The notes beneath the pieces were generated by a model. That model searched no databases and was not told the origin of the DNA. It saw only the letters and a program-made list of their open reading frames with translations. A stretch of DNA of 64,000 bases, from NCBI GenBank assembly GCA_045586685.1, contig JAZNAU010000039.1, positions 1-64,000 on the forward strand. The letters are read 5' to 3'. How positions within the stretch are numbered: position 1 is the first letter of the stretch; every line of letters starts with the position of its first letter. This stretch comes from Clostridia bacterium. Lineage in GTDB: Bacteria > Bacillota > Clostridia > HGM11514. This document shows, piece after piece, positions 9,856 through 21,424 of this stretch. Position numbers and translations under genes: made by a program.

Positions 9856-10719
9856 TTATGTTTCACGTGAAACATTTTGTTTTTTTCCCGATTTAGGAAT
9901 AATAATTGAATATTTAATATACTCTTCATGGTCCGTTTTTTCTGCTCTTGCCATAACTCCCGCCTGTTTCATTGAGTCAACAGCCTTATTTATGGTATTG
10001 AAAAACAGTCTTAAATCCTTGGTAAACCCTACTTTTGTTTCCTTTTTCTTTTGCATTTCTTTTTTCTGACACGAAAGCAAAGCTTTTTCCACTATTTTTT
10101 CTGTTTCTTTTACATTTAAATTCTTGTCTATAATTTCCTGTAACAGCTTTAATTGTACTTCTTCGTCATATATTTTCAGCAATGCTCTTGCATGACGTTC
10201 CGATAATTTATGAATGACCAGCTGCCGTTTTACGGATTCGTTTAAACGAAGCAGTCTCATTTTATTAGCTACCGTTGACTGGTTTTTTCCAACCCGATCT
10301 GCTATCATTTCCTGAGTCATTCCATGAACCCGCATCAAGGTATCAAACGCAGTTGCTTCTTCCCAATAAGAAAGATTGCTTCTCTGAATATTTTCTATCA
10401 ATGCCACCACTGCCGTATCCTTTTCATCAAATTGTTTGATAATCACAGGAACTTCATGTAAACCCGCCTGTTTTGCAGCTTTTAATCTTCTTTCCCCTGC
10501 AATTAGCTCATATCCGTTTATAGTTTTTCTAACTAATAATGGTTGTAAAATCCCATACTGACGAATGGACAGACACAACTCATCAATAGAATTTCTGTCA
10601 AACACCCGCCTTGGCTGATATGGGCTTGGCATAATCTGTTCAGTAGAAATATAATGTACTTTATCCTCTGCTTGTCCGGTAACTTGCTCAAAAATCTCAT
10701 TAAAATGAAAAATCGACAT
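9856..10719 (-). CDS. noc: Nucleoid occlusion protein Noc (ParB family)
   Basis: ParB CTPase motifs, Noc-type C-terminus KDLRLFFNTINKAVDSMKQAG, position after rsmG. Confidence 0.8.
   Translation of the reverse strand: MSIFHFNEIFEQVTGQAEDKVHYISTEQIMPSPYQPRRVFDRNSIDELCLSIRQYGILQPLLVRKTINGYELIAGERRLKAAKQAGLHEVPVIIKQFDEKDTAVVALIENIQRSNLSYWEEATAFDTLMRVHGMTQEMIADRVGKNQSTVANKMRLLRLNESVKRQLVIHKLSERHARALLKIYDEEVQLKLLQEIIDKNLNVKETEKIVEKALLSCQKKEMQKKKETKVGFTKDLRLFFNTINKAVDSMKQAGVMARAEKTDHEEYIKYSIIIPKSGKKQNVSRET
9859..9874. promoter_or_regulatory. parS site embedded in the last codons of noc
   Basis: Perfect TGTTTCACGTGAAACA; read as VSRET at the Noc C-terminus. Confidence 0.95.
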
Positions 10720-10827
10720 CCCTTTCTCTCCTTTATCCGGTATTTTTACAGTTCTATTATACCATAAATCAATAAATACGGAGAAAAAATCGTTCGACTT
10801 TTCAAAAAAATATTTAGTTGTTTTTCG

Positions 10828-11526
10828 TTAAGATAAGGGGTTTTTCGAGGGGGTTCCCGCCTTGCGGGGGTACTTTTTAGGTGTATTTTCTGTTTTTTCA
10901 ACGGAAATAACCGTATGACTGTCGATTGTCGTTGTAACAAACTCTTTTGTCCTTCCGCCTAGTAGGGTAATGGCTTTTTTCGCCTGTTCCAGCTCTGCCT
11001 GACCCTGACTTCCTTTCATGGCAATCCAGTATCCACCCTTTTTGACAAAGGGAAGACACAACTCTGCCAACACATTCATTGGTGCCACTGCTCTTGCAAC
11101 CGCAAAGTCAAATTGCTCCCGAAACTCCGACTTTTGTCCCGCGTCCTCAGCACGGGCATGAACAAAAGAAACTCCTTCCAAACCAAGGTCCTTTTGGACT
11201 TCTTCTAAAAAAGTCAATCGTTTTTGCAAGGAATCAAGAAGAACCATTTCAATAGAAGGACAAACAATTTTCAAGGGAATGGAAGGGAATCCCGCGCCCG
11301 TTCCCACATCAATCAATCTTCCTCTTTTCAACAATCCTGTTTCCAGACAGGTTAAGCTATCCACAAAATGTTTTTGCACTACTTCCTCGGCTTTCGTGAT
11401 GGCAGTCAGATTCATTTTCTGATTCCATTCAGTTAATAATTGGTAGTACCGTACAAATTGTTCAAGCTGTTTTTCGGTTAACATAACGTTAATTTTTTTT
11501 GCTTCGTTTTTTAAGTATTCTTTCAT
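10828..11526 (-). CDS. rsmG: 16S rRNA m7G527 methyltransferase
   Basis: WNQKMNLTAI, KHFVDSL, DVGTGAGFP, ARAVA. Confidence 0.95.
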   Translation of the reverse strand: MKEYLKNEAKKINVMLTEKQLEQFVRYYQLLTEWNQKMNLTAITKAEEVVQKHFVDSLTCLETGLLKRGRLIDVGTGAGFPSIPLKIVCPSIEMVLLDSLQKRLTFLEEVQKDLGLEGVSFVHARAEDAGQKSEFREQFDFAVARAVAPMNVLAELCLPFVKKGGYWIAMKGSQGQAELEQAKKAITLLGGRTKEFVTTTIDSHTVISVEKTENTPKKYPRKAGTPSKNPLS

Positions 11527-11527
11527 A

Positions 11528-13387
11528 TTATTTGTTCAAATATACCATCAGAACGGCAATATCCGCCGAAGATACTCCTGAAATTCGGGATGCCTGCCCC
11601 AAGGATTCCGGTCGGATTTGGTCTAATTTCTGCCTTGCTTCCAGCCTTAAACCATAAATCTGATGATAATCAATCTCCTGTGGAATTTTTTTACTTTCCA
11701 TTTTTAAAAATTGCTCTACTTGTTGTTTTTGTTTTTCAATATATCCCTGATATTTAATAGAAATATTTACCTGTTCTGTTACGTCAACCGGTAATTCCGG
11801 TCGTTCTTTGTCTGCAAACCCAAGCCCCTCATAGGTCACCGTTGGTCTTCGAATCAGTGCCGCAAGACGGATTCCGGTGGTCAATTTACTTTCTCCTTGT
11901 TCCTCCAGATAACGATTTAATTGGTCGGAAGGGGGGAGGGTAGTGGATTCACAACGCTTAATTTCTTGTTCTATAAGCCGCTGTTTTTCGCAAAATTCAT
12001 CATACCGTTCCTGTGAAATCAATCCGATTTCATAGCCCAATGGGGTCAATCTGGCATCTGCATTATCCTGTCTTAATAACAGCCGATATTCAGACCGTGC
12101 CGTCATCATTCGGTACGGCTCTCGGGTGCCCTTGGTCACCAAATCATCAATTAAGGTTCCAATGTATCCTTGGCTTCGGTCAATGATAACAGGTTTTTTT
12201 TCTTGAATTTTCCGTGCAGCATTGATTCCCGCAACCAAACCCTGAGCTGCTGCTTCCTCGTATCCTGATGAACCGTTAAACTGTCCTGCGCCATACAATC
12301 CGCTGATTTTTTTTACCTCCAAGGTAGGTTTTAATTGAAGTGGGTTGATACAATCATATTCAATGGCATACCCCGTCCTCATTACTTTGACGTTCTCAAG
12401 GCCAGAAACAGACCGCAAAAATTTTAACTGGACATCCTCTGGCAAACTGCTTGACATACCCTGTACATACATTTCCTTGGTATCAAGTCCTGTTGGTTCA
12501 ATAAACAACTGATGCCGTTCCTTATCGGGAAACCGCATCACTTTATCCTCAATAGAAGGGCAATATCGTGGACCCACCCCCTCAATTTGTCCTGAGTAAA
12601 GAGGGGAACGATGGATATTGTCACGAATAATGTCATGAGTCGTCTGATTGGTATAAGTTAACCAGCAAGACAGCTTATTTTCTAACTTTTCCTTGGTGGC
12701 AAACGAAAAGGGAACAATCTCGTCATCACCTTTTTGCTCCTCCATTTTGCTGGTATCCACACTGTCAAAATGAACCCTTGCCGGAGTCCCCGTTTTAAAC
12801 CTCATCAGTTCAATTCCCTGGTCAATCAGACATTGACTAAGCTTAGTCGCTGCAAACATTCCGTCAGGGCCGCCAGTATAAAACACATCACCAATAATGA
12901 TTCTGCCTTGCAGATAGGTTCCGCTGGCAATAATAACAGCTTTTGCCCCGAATTCTGCACCTAAATGGGTCACCACACCCTTTACATGATTCTCTTCAAA
13001 CAAAATTTCTGTTATTTCACATTGTTTTATATCAATGTTGGGCTCACGTTCCAGCCGTTTTTTCATTTCCTGCTGATATTTTCTTCTGTCTGCCTGCGCA
13101 CGAAGAGAGTGAACCGCCGGACCTTTCCCTCTGTTTAACATTCTTGATTGCAAAAAGGTTTTATCAATCACATGGCCCATTTCGCCTCCCAATGCGTCAA
13201 TTTCACGCACCAGATGACCTTTTGAGGTTCCGCCGATACGGGGATTGCAAGGTAAATTTGCAATAGCATCCAAATTCATAGTAAACAAAGCAACACTGCA
13301 ACCCAGTCTTGCTCCCGCAAATGCCGCTTCACATCCTGCGTGTCCTGCACCGATAACGGCAATATCATAATCTCCTCCGTGATACAT
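11528..13387 (-). CDS. mnmG: tRNA uridine 5-carboxymethylaminomethyl modification enzyme
   Basis: [32 protein letters not shown]; start at MYHGG. Confidence 0.95.
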   Translation of the reverse strand: MYHGGDYDIAVIGAGHAGCEAAFAGARLGCSVALFTMNLDAIANLPCNPRIGGTSKGHLVREIDALGGEMGHVIDKTFLQSRMLNRGKGPAVHSLRAQADRRKYQQEMKKRLEREPNIDIKQCEITEILFEENHVKGVVTHLGAEFGAKAVIIASGTYLQGRIIIGDVFYTGGPDGMFAATKLSQCLIDQGIELMRFKTGTPARVHFDSVDTSKMEEQKGDDEIVPFSFATKEKLENKLSCWLTYTNQTTHDIIRDNIHRSPLYSGQIEGVGPRYCPSIEDKVMRFPDKERHQLFIEPTGLDTKEMYVQGMSSSLPEDVQLKFLRSVSGLENVKVMRTGYAIEYDCINPLQLKPTLEVKKISGLYGAGQFNGSSGYEEAAAQGLVAGINAARKIQEKKPVIIDRSQGYIGTLIDDLVTKGTREPYRMMTARSEYRLLLRQDNADARLTPLGYEIGLISQERYDEFCEKQRLIEQEIKRCESTTLPPSDQLNRYLEEQGESKLTTGIRLAALIRRPTVTYEGLGFADKERPELPVDVTEQVNISIKYQGYIEKQKQQVEQFLKMESKKIPQEIDYHQIYGLRLEARQKLDQIRPESLGQASRISGVSSADIAVLMVYLNK

Positions 13388-13398
13388 CTCTTTCACTC

Positions 13399-14745
13399 CT
13401 ATTTTCCTACACAAAAGTCCGCAAAGATATGCTTTACGGTATCTTCGCTGACTTCCAGTCCCGTAATTTGTCCCAAATACCTGCAAGCATCCGTTAAATC
13501 AATGGAAACCATGTCAAGTGGCATTTCACGACCCAACAAAGCTTCCTCTATACTTTTTAGAGCTTGCTCTAAGCATTGTTTGTGCCTTACATTATTCATC
13601 AAAGGAGATTGGGACAACTCCCGCTCCTCCGTTACCGCTATCCTGTAAATTTCATCATAAAGAGCCTCCATTCCTTCTCCTGTCTTACAGGAAATGGGGA
13701 GTACATTCATTTCAATGTCCCATTGGGAAGGTAAATCTCCTTTATTTTTCAGATATAATACTTGTTTTCCGTCCAATAAAGAAAAAATCTCCTTATCATT
13801 TTCATCCAAAGGACGGGACCCGTCCAAAACGAATAAAATCAAATCGCTTTTGGGTATCAATTCCTTGCTTTTTTCCACACCGATTTGTTCCACTTTGTCC
13901 TCTGTCTGACGAATTCCTGCTGTATCAATCAACCGAACAGGGACACCTTTGATTTCCAATTCATCTTCTATAACATCACGGGTGGTTCCTTCAATTTCCG
14001 TTACGATTGCTTTTTGTTCTTTTAATAAGAAATTCAAAAGAGAGGATTTTCCCGCATTGGTTTTGCCGATAATCAACGTTTTCAAGCCGGTTTTTAAAAT
14101 TCTTCCCCGCTCAAATTCTTTTAATAAACAAATAATTTCCTTCTTAACGTTTTCTAATGCATTAAAAAATTCTTCTTTTTCCCATTCTTCTATTTCTTCA
14201 TCGGGAAAGTCAATCACCGCCAGAATTTTTGCATTGATGGATACAATTTTTTCCCTCAATCCGTTAATTTTTTGCGAGATACCGCCCGCTAACTGACCGG
14301 CAGATTGATAGACTGCACTTTCCGCACCGGAATTTATTAAATCGATCACAGCCTCTGCTTGAGAAAGGTCCATTTTCCCATTTAAAAATGCACGTTTTGA
14401 AAACTCTCCTCGCTCTGCATTTCTGGCTCCCCCACGGAGAACCTCTTCTAATACCAGCAAGGTGTTTTTCACACCGCCGTGACAATAAATTTCAACTGTG
14501 TTTTCACCCGTAAAGGAGGAAGGTGCCCGAAAAACACCGCACAATACCTGGTCAATGACTGTTTCGTTTTTCATAATTTTCCCGTATACCATGGTGTATC
14601 CTGCTGTTTCTGCCAAGGTCTTATTTCCGCGAAAAATTCGATCACAAATGGAAAAAGCATCTTTTCCGCTGACCCGAATCATAGAGACCGCACCCTTTCC
14701 GGGTGGTGTGGACACGGCAGCAATGGTGTCCTCTGTCATCATCAT
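13399..14745 (-). CDS. mnmE: tRNA modification GTPase
   Basis: [27 protein letters not shown]-terminal FCVGK. Confidence 0.95.
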   Translation of the reverse strand: MMMTEDTIAAVSTPPGKGAVSMIRVSGKDAFSICDRIFRGNKTLAETAGYTMVYGKIMKNETVIDQVLCGVFRAPSSFTGENTVEIYCHGGVKNTLLVLEEVLRGGARNAERGEFSKRAFLNGKMDLSQAEAVIDLINSGAESAVYQSAGQLAGGISQKINGLREKIVSINAKILAVIDFPDEEIEEWEKEEFFNALENVKKEIICLLKEFERGRILKTGLKTLIIGKTNAGKSSLLNFLLKEQKAIVTEIEGTTRDVIEDELEIKGVPVRLIDTAGIRQTEDKVEQIGVEKSKELIPKSDLILFVLDGSRPLDENDKEIFSLLDGKQVLYLKNKGDLPSQWDIEMNVLPISCKTGEGMEALYDEIYRIAVTEERELSQSPLMNNVRHKQCLEQALKSIEEALLGREMPLDMVSIDLTDACRYLGQITGLEVSEDTVKHIFADFCVGK

Positions 14746-14815
14746 TTCCAAGACCTCCTTATCGTAAAATGGCGAGGAAACCATCATTTCCTCGCCAATG
14801 TGTTTGCATTATTTC

Positions 14816-15556
14816 TTATTCCTCATCCGACTGAACAGGCCGTCTGTAGCTTCGACGGTTATAATTATTATTTCTTTTCATTGCGTTTTTTGGACTGATG
14901 ATAATTTTTCTGTTTGGTTCTTCACCTACACTGTAAGTTTGAATCATATCATCCTCCTGCAATGCGGAGTGAATGATTTTACGTTCGTAAGCATTCATCG
15001 GCTCCAAGGAAACATTTCTTCTGTTTTTCTTTGCTTTTTCTGCCAAGCGAAGTGCAAGATTTTGCAAAGTTTTCTCTCTTTCGCTTCTGTAATTTTCCGT
15101 ATCCAAAGAAATCTTATAATAATCGTCAGATGACTTATTGACAGCCAATGTGGTCAGATATTGTAATGCATCAAGGGTTTCCCCCCGTCTGCCGATTACT
15201 GCTCCCATTTCATCCCCCGAAAGATTGATGCGGATTTCTTTTTCGCCTATTGTATATTCCACTTTTACTTCCAGATTCATTTTTTCAAATACTTGGGATA
15301 AAAATTCTTTTGCTTTATTTCCTGCATTGTGACCCTGTTCATATTTTTCTGGGGAGATTTCTTGTGCCGGTTCGTCCTGTTCCTCCAGTGCTGTCAGCCT
15401 TACCTTTGCCGGTTTGCTTCCAATACCTAAAAATCCGCTTTTTTCTCTTTCAATAATTTCAACAGTAACCTCTGCTTCGCTTAAGCCTAATGTTTGTAAG
15501 CCTTGCTTCATTGCTTCTTCTACTGTTTTTCCTTCTTGTTCAATTTGTCTTCTCAT
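14816..15556 (-). CDS. jag: RNA-binding protein Jag/EloR (Jag_N, KH, R3H)
   Basis: GKTVEEA, IGRRGETLDALQYL, ERKIIH. Confidence 0.92.
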   Translation of the reverse strand: MRRQIEQEGKTVEEAMKQGLQTLGLSEAEVTVEIIEREKSGFLGIGSKPAKVRLTALEEQDEPAQEISPEKYEQGHNAGNKAKEFLSQVFEKMNLEVKVEYTIGEKEIRINLSGDEMGAVIGRRGETLDALQYLTTLAVNKSSDDYYKISLDTENYRSEREKTLQNLALRLAEKAKKNRRNVSLEPMNAYERKIIHSALQEDDMIQTYSVGEEPNRKIIISPKNAMKRNNNYNRRSYRRPVQSDEE

Positions 15557-15557
15557 A

Positions 15558-16430
15558 TTACATTTCACCGTCTTTCTTTTTCGACGAAAACTTTTCCATC
15601 ATCACTTTTCTGTTAAACCATAATTGCTGTAAAATGGATAATACATTATTGATAATCCAGTACAATCCTACACCGGAAGGCATCATAAAACAAAAATACC
15701 CTGTCATCAAAGGCATAATGGTCATCATGCTCTTGCCCATAGATGCCGCATTATCATCGGTATTCATATTAGGCTGTGTCCATGTTGTAATCTTACTGGT
15801 CAAATAGGTTGTAATAACCGCTAAAACCGGAATAATCCATAGTAAACTGATTTTCGATAATTGGGGAGTTGTTGCTAAATCCAACCCCAAAAAATTAAAA
15901 TCGATAGACTGTATTCCATCAGGTAAAATATCTCCTAATTTCTGAATCACATCAGGAGTCATTTTATTTGCAATTTCTATTTCTTTTGTCATCAAAATGT
16001 TTTTATTGGTTACATTGATATCTAACTTCAATGCATTGATAATTTTAATAACCGTTTCTGACCCAATGCCCATAATGTAGGTCATAGGTTGATTGATGAC
16101 ACGATACAACGCAAAAATAATAGGAAACTGAATCAACATGGGCAAACATCCTGCCGCAGGGTTTACATTATGCTGTTCATATAGCTTCATCGTTTCTTTT
16201 TGCAGTTTTTCTTTGTCATTTTTGTACTTTTTATTTATTTTTGCCAGCTCAGGCTGTATTAAGCGCATTTGATCCATTGACTTCTGCTGTTTCACATTCA
16301 GCGGAAAAATCAACAGTTTCATCAAAATTGAAAACAAAATAATAGCCAGGCCGTAATTATTCACAATCTGATAAATGAATTTTAATACAGGACCCAGCAC
16401 AGGCGCTAGAAACGCCAACGCATTCATCAT
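15558..16430 (-). CDS. yidC: Membrane protein insertase YidC/SpoIIIJ
   Basis: GCLPMLIQFPI, GVGLYWII; conserved synteny. Confidence 0.93.
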   Translation of the reverse strand: MMNALAFLAPVLGPVLKFIYQIVNNYGLAIILFSILMKLLIFPLNVKQQKSMDQMRLIQPELAKINKKYKNDKEKLQKETMKLYEQHNVNPAAGCLPMLIQFPIIFALYRVINQPMTYIMGIGSETVIKIINALKLDINVTNKNILMTKEIEIANKMTPDVIQKLGDILPDGIQSIDFNFLGLDLATTPQLSKISLLWIIPVLAVITTYLTSKITTWTQPNMNTDDNAASMGKSMMTIMPLMTGYFCFMMPSGVGLYWIINNVLSILQQLWFNRKVMMEKFSSKKKDGEM

Positions 16431-16448
16431 AAAAACTCGTTCCTCCTA

Positions 16449-16661
16449 CTATTTAACGGGATCATATCCGCCTTTGCAAAAAGGATTACATCTCACAATC
16501 CTCTTGATTGCCATCCATCCTCCTCGCACAGCACCGTACTTTTCCACTGCCTCTATGGCATACACCGAACAGGTGGGATAATACCTGCAACATGGTTTTT
16601 TTAAGGGAGAAATAAATTTCCGATATCCTTTTATCAAATATATTACTATTTTTTTCATCAT
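16449..16661 (-). CDS. yidD: Membrane protein insertion efficiency factor
   Basis: [21 protein letters not shown]. Confidence 0.93.
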   Translation of the reverse strand: MMKKIVIYLIKGYRKFISPLKKPCCRYYPTCSVYAIEAVEKYGAVRGGWMAIKRIVRCNPFCKGGYDPVK

Positions 16662-16996
16662 TTTTTTTCAAGATTACAAGCAGAAAATAAAGAAAGAAGA
16701 GAAGAACGGATGGTATAGAAATCCGCATTTGCCGCTTTTGAACGTGCAACTACAACAAAATCATACCCTTGTACAATTCTTTCCTCATTTATCCTGTAAT
16801 TTTCTTTAATCAATCTTCTGATACGGTTTCTCACAACTGCGGTTCCAACCTTTTTACTTACCGTAATTCCCAAATGATTTTCCTGTCCGCGGTTTTTCCG
16901 ATAATAAAGAACCAGATACTTGTCCGACATAGACTTTGCCGAACGGTACATCCTGCGAAACTGAAAATTCTTGTTCATTGATGTTGTATACCGCAT
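16658..16996 (-). CDS. rnpA: Ribonuclease P protein component
   Basis: [19 protein letters not shown]. Confidence 0.95.
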   Translation of the reverse strand: MRYTTSMNKNFQFRRMYRSAKSMSDKYLVLYYRKNRGQENHLGITVSKKVGTAVVRNRIRRLIKENYRINEERIVQGYDFVVVARSKAANADFYTIRSSLLSLFSACNLEKK

Positions 16997-17071
16997 AACA
17001 ATCTCCCTATTGAAGAAGGAAAAAGACCACTCGGGTGGTCTTTTGAAAATCCCCCGTCTATGCTTCTGCCT

Positions 17072-17206
17072 TTATGCAGACAGCTTTGCTCTGCCCTTCA
17101 GTCTTCTGCGAGCCAGCACCTTTCTTCCATTGGCAGTGCTCATTCTTTTTCTGAAGCCATGCTCCTTGCTTCTCTGACGCTTTTTGGGTTGATATGTTCT
17201 TTTCAT
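17072..17206 (-). CDS. rpmH: 50S ribosomal protein L34
   Basis: Manual translation [44 protein letters not shown] (44 aa, below ORF cutoff); AGGAGG RBS. Confidence 0.97.
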   Translation of the reverse strand: MKRTYQPKKRQRSKEHGFRKRMSTANGRKVLARRRLKGRAKLSA

Positions 17207-17375
17207 CTATGAATACACCTCCTTGCAAATAATAAACAAACCAAAATTCCCTTTACGAAAAGGGATACAAAAATGATTATACTTTATTTTATAGGCATTT
17301 GTCAATACAAATTTAAAAAAATTTCTATTTTAATGAAAAATTTTTTTATTTTTCTCACTTTTTCTATATTTTTTC

Positions 17376-17404
17376 TTGCAAATTTGTTATTTTTTTGATA
17401 TAAT
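17376..17404 (+). promoter_or_regulatory. Sigma-A promoter of dnaA
   Basis: TTGCAA-N17-TATAAT with TG extension. Confidence 0.65.
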
Positions 17405-17462
17405 GGTAAGGGTACTATTATATTTATATATATTATATTTAAAGAAGAGGAAAAAGAGGTGA

Positions 17463-18779
17463 ATGATTACGAATACACAACATATATGGGAAAGAGCTTT
17501 GGCAATTTTAAAGGACGAAGTTTCTGAAATCGCATATAAAACCTGGTTTGCTGCTCTCACTCCCTTGGATTTTAAAAACCAAATATTTATTCTTTCTGCT
17601 CCCAATGATATTCATAAAAATATGATTGTCAATAAATATCTGCCTCTGTTGCAAAGTGCAGTGGAAATGGCAGCCAATCAGGAATTAGAAATTGAATTAT
17701 TGTTGCAGAATGAATATGTTTCTTCTCAGCCAAAATCTCAGCCTTCTTTTCATTCTAATTTAAATCCTAAATACACATTTGAAGAATTTGTTGTGGGGGA
17801 AAATAATAAATATGCTCATGCGGCATGTCTTGCAGTAGCAGAAAATCCTGCTATGATTTATAATCCTCTTTTTATTTACGGAAATTCAGGCTTGGGAAAA
17901 ACTCATTTAATTCATTCCGTAGGACATTATATTTTACAAAACAGTCCTGATGTCAAGATTATGTATGTGACCAGTGAAAAATTTACAAACGACATGATCA
18001 ATGCAATCAAAGACGGAAGAATGGAAGAATTCAGAAGTATTTATCGATATGTGGATGTGTTGATGATAGATGACATTCAATTTTTTACCGGAAAGGTACG
18101 AGCACAGGAAGAATTATTCCATTGCTTTAATACTTTGTATGAAGCGAACAAACAGTTGATTTTTACCAGTGACCGTCCTCCAAAGGATATTGCTGTCTTG
18201 GAAGAAAGAATCAAAACCAGACTGGAAAGCGGGTTAATTATGGACTTGCAACCGCCTGACTTTGAAACAAGAGTTGCCATCTTAAGAAAAAAAGCACAAT
18301 CTAACAATATTGAAATTCCTGATAATATTATTGATTTAGTGGCAAACACCATTAAATCAAACATCAGAGAATTAGAAGGTGTTTTAAAAAGAATTCACGT
18401 TATGAAAACCTTATCCCACGAACCCATTACTGAAGATAAGGTAACCGATATTTTACGTAACTTTTTCCATAGCGGTGATGACACTGTTCTATCGAATCAG
18501 GAAGTTTTAAAAGAAGTATCTCGTTATTTTGACATTCCGCAGGAAGAAATTCTTTCTAAAAAAAGAACAAAAGAAATTGCTTATGTCCGTCAGATCGCCA
18601 TGTATCTGTGCCGTGAAATAGTGGGTGATTCATTAAAAGAAGTGGGTAACTTTTTTGGTAAAAAAGACCATTCCACTGTTTTACATGCCTGTGATAAAAT
18701 TGAATCTGAAATGAAAAAAGACATTGAGCTTCAAAATCAGATTGTTGATATTACAAAAAATATAAGACATGGAAATTAA
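17463..18779 (+). CDS. dnaA: Chromosomal replication initiator DnaA
   Basis: YNPLFIYGNSGLGKTHL, DDIQF, NIRELEG, DHSTVLHA. Confidence 0.98.
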   Translation: MITNTQHIWERALAILKDEVSEIAYKTWFAALTPLDFKNQIFILSAPNDIHKNMIVNKYLPLLQSAVEMAANQELEIELLLQNEYVSSQPKSQPSFHSNLNPKYTFEEFVVGENNKYAHAACLAVAENPAMIYNPLFIYGNSGLGKTHLIHSVGHYILQNSPDVKIMYVTSEKFTNDMINAIKDGRMEEFRSIYRYVDVLMIDDIQFFTGKVRAQEELFHCFNTLYEANKQLIFTSDRPPKDIAVLEERIKTRLESGLIMDLQPPDFETRVAILRKKAQSNNIEIPDNIIDLVANTIKSNIRELEGVLKRIHVMKTLSHEPITEDKVTDILRNFFHSGDDTVLSNQEVLKEVSRYFDIPQEEILSKKRTKEIAYVRQIAMYLCREIVGDSLKEVGNFFGKKDHSTVLHACDKIESEMKKDIELQNQIVDITKNIRHGN

Positions 18780-18993
18780 GATTTATCCACTGCTTTTTCC
18801 ACATTTGTGAATGAATAACTTGTGGATAAAAAGGAAAGAAAAAAAGTTATTCTTTTTTATCAACATCCTGTGTTTATAAAAATGCAAGGAATGAAAATTT
18901 ATTTTCTCACTTTTCCACAAACTCACATTCCTTATTACTACTATTTATAAATTTTATTTATTCTTTTATTTTGATGAAAGGAGAAAAAATGAT
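18780..18993. other. Replication origin oriC (dnaA-dnaN intergenic)
   Basis: DnaA boxes TTATCCACT (18783), TTTTCCACA (18795), TGTGGATAA (18821), TTATCAACA (18857), TTTTCCACA (18911), then trio-like TTATTACTACTATT and an AT-rich stretch. Confidence 0.85.
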
Positions 18994-20103
18994 ATGAAAT
19001 TCTCATGCGATAAAAATGTTTTAAATGAAGTTGTTTCTACCGTTCAAAAAGCTGTTAGTGCAAGAAGTAACGTTCCTGTTTTGGAAGGAATTCTGATAGA
19101 AGCAAATGCAGACGGAACTTTGAAGCTTTATGGAAACGATCTTGACCTTGCAATAGAAAGCTTTATGAGTGCAACTGTTACAGAACCGGGAAGTATTGTG
19201 ATAAACGCAAGATTTTTTGGCGATGTAATCAGAAAGATGGAGGAAAATGTTTTTTATTTTCAGGCAGACTCAGATTGTAATATTCAAATGAAATGCGGTT
19301 CTGCAGAGTTTTCTGTGATGGGGATTTCTTCTCACGAATTTCCTGAAATTTCGTCTGTTGAAGAAAAGGATTCCTTTACGATAAAGGACAAGGTCTTAAA
19401 AAATATGATTAAAAATACCATTTATGCAGTTTGTCTGGATGAAAATAAAGTTGCCTTAACAGGATCTTTATTTGAAATAGAGGATGGTTTCTTATCTGTT
19501 GTTTCGGTAGATGGATTCCGTCTTGCATTGAGAAAAGAAGAAATTTCTTCTCCCTGTGACAATCAATCCTTTATCATTCCCTCAAAAGTTCTGAATGAAG
19601 TTATGAAAATTTTAAAGGATTCTGAAAATGATGTGAAAATCGGTATTTCTGATAATAAAGTTCAGTTTGAAATAGAAAACTTTAAAATGATAAGCCGTTT
19701 ATTAGAAGGGGAATTTTTAAATTATAAACAAATTATTCCAACCCAAAGTAAGCTGAAGGTAACAGCAGGTGTCAGAAAACTTAGCGATTGTTTGGAAAGA
19801 GCGGCTTTGATGATTGCTAACGAAGGAACAAAATATCCTGTCAGATTGTCTATCAAGACAGATAAAATAAATGTAAGCTGTGCATCCCGTTACGGAAAAA
19901 TGTCTGATACAGCAGAAGCTGTTACTCAGGGAGAAGATTTAGACATAGGATTTAACTACCGTTACTTATTAGACGCCCTCAAAGCGTGCGAATGTGAAAT
20001 GGTAATGATGGAATTCAGCTCACCTCATAGCCCCTGTATTATTAAACCGGAGAAGGGCGACAGTTTTGTATTTCTGGTATTGCCCGTAAGAATGAAAGAA
20101 TGA
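18994..20103 (+). CDS. dnaN: DNA polymerase III beta clamp
   Basis: VDGFRLA, SRLLEGEFLNY, FLVLPVR; synteny. Confidence 0.96.
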   Translation: MKFSCDKNVLNEVVSTVQKAVSARSNVPVLEGILIEANADGTLKLYGNDLDLAIESFMSATVTEPGSIVINARFFGDVIRKMEENVFYFQADSDCNIQMKCGSAEFSVMGISSHEFPEISSVEEKDSFTIKDKVLKNMIKNTIYAVCLDENKVALTGSLFEIEDGFLSVVSVDGFRLALRKEEISSPCDNQSFIIPSKVLNEVMKILKDSENDVKIGISDNKVQFEIENFKMISRLLEGEFLNYKQIIPTQSKLKVTAGVRKLSDCLERAALMIANEGTKYPVRLSIKTDKINVSCASRYGKMSDTAEAVTQGEDLDIGFNYRYLLDALKACECEMVMMEFSSPHSPCIIKPEKGDSFVFLVLPVRMKE

Positions 20104-20318
20104 TTGTTTTGGAAATTACCACCGACATGATTCGTCTTGGTCAGCTGTTAAAGGTAAGCGGGATTGCAGAAAACGGGGGAGCAGCAAAGGCAATGATTTT
20201 AGATGGATTAGTATCGGTGAACGGAGAAGTTACTTTACAACGAGGAAAGCAGATTGTATCGGGAGATAAGGTGAAGGTAATGAATCAAGAAATTCTGGTA
20301 CAGCGGGAAAAAGTATGA
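20100..20318 (+). CDS. yaaA: S4-domain RNA-binding protein YaaA
   Basis: IRLGQLLK...GGAAK...VNGE...RGKQI; synteny. Confidence 0.88.
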   Translation: MIVLEITTDMIRLGQLLKVSGIAENGGAAKAMILDGLVSVNGEVTLQRGKQIVSGDKVKVMNQEILVQREKV

Positions 20319-21418
20319 TTATCAATAAACTAATGCTCCATCAGTTTCGTAATTATGAACAACAGGAGATACAGTTTTCTCCCGGTGTCAATGTGTTGTA
20401 CGGCAATAATGCTCAGGGAAAAACAAATGTGTTGGAAGCTATTTATTTATTTTCAAACGGAAAATCTCATCGGGGAGTCAAGGATAAGGAATTATTGATG
20501 TTTGACCGCCCCAACGGGGATTTAACGATGTTTTTTGATGCCTATGAGCGGGAAAACAGGGCAGAAATAGAAATATTTTCGGACAAAAGAAAAAAGATTC
20601 GCTTAAATGGTGTTGCACTTAACAGAGTCAGCAGAATGATTGGTTATTTTCAAACGGTGTTGTTTTGTCCTGAGGATTTGTATCTGATCAAGGGAGGACC
20701 GGGAGAAAGAAGAAGGTTTTTAGACAGTGCCATCAGCCCTTTAAAACCCAATTATTTTACTGCCCTTGTTCAATATCAGAAAATTCTTGAAAATAAAAAT
20801 AAATTATTAAGACAAATGGGAGAATTTCCTGAATTTAGCCAGACTCTTGATATATGGAATGAAAAGTTGTGTGAAACGGGAGCCAGACTTATGGTGTACC
20901 GTTCCGCATTTATTAACAAATTAAACGAAATATGCGGTGAAATTTATCAGGATATGGCAGGCGGAAAAGAAACACTTCAACTTCGTTATAAACCATCTGC
21001 AGAAGTGATGATAGAAGATGAAATGTCTGTTAAAAATCAACTGATGGAAATAACAGAAAAAAATAAAACCCGCGAATTGGCAGCAATGATGAGTCTGACC
21101 GGTCCTCATCGGGACGAAATAGAGTTATATATTAACGGTGCTCAGGTCAAACAGTTTGCTTCTCAAGGACAGCAAAGGACGGTAGTTCTTACTATGAAAA
21201 TTGCCCAGATAGAGTTGGTAAAACAATCGGTGGGAGAGTATCCTGTTTTGTTGCTGGATGATATTTTATCAGAGCTTGACAAAAGCAGACAAAGTTTTTT
21301 ACTGGAAAGAATCCGTTGCAGTCAGGTCATTATGACCTGTACCGATGCTTATGCAATCGGGCGGGGAGAAAATAAAAGCTTTTATTCTGTACAAAACGGA
21401 ATTGTAACAAAGGAGTAA
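20315..21418 (+). CDS. recF: DNA replication/repair protein RecF
   Basis: GNNAQGKTN, GPHRD, SQGQQRT, LLLDDILSELD. Confidence 0.96.
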   Translation: MIINKLMLHQFRNYEQQEIQFSPGVNVLYGNNAQGKTNVLEAIYLFSNGKSHRGVKDKELLMFDRPNGDLTMFFDAYERENRAEIEIFSDKRKKIRLNGVALNRVSRMIGYFQTVLFCPEDLYLIKGGPGERRRFLDSAISPLKPNYFTALVQYQKILENKNKLLRQMGEFPEFSQTLDIWNEKLCETGARLMVYRSAFINKLNEICGEIYQDMAGGKETLQLRYKPSAEVMIEDEMSVKNQLMEITEKNKTRELAAMMSLTGPHRDEIELYINGAQVKQFASQGQQRTVVLTMKIAQIELVKQSVGEYPVLLLDDILSELDKSRQSFLLERIRCSQVIMTCTDAYAIGRGENKSFYSVQNGIVTKE

Positions 21419-21424
21419 GCAGTA

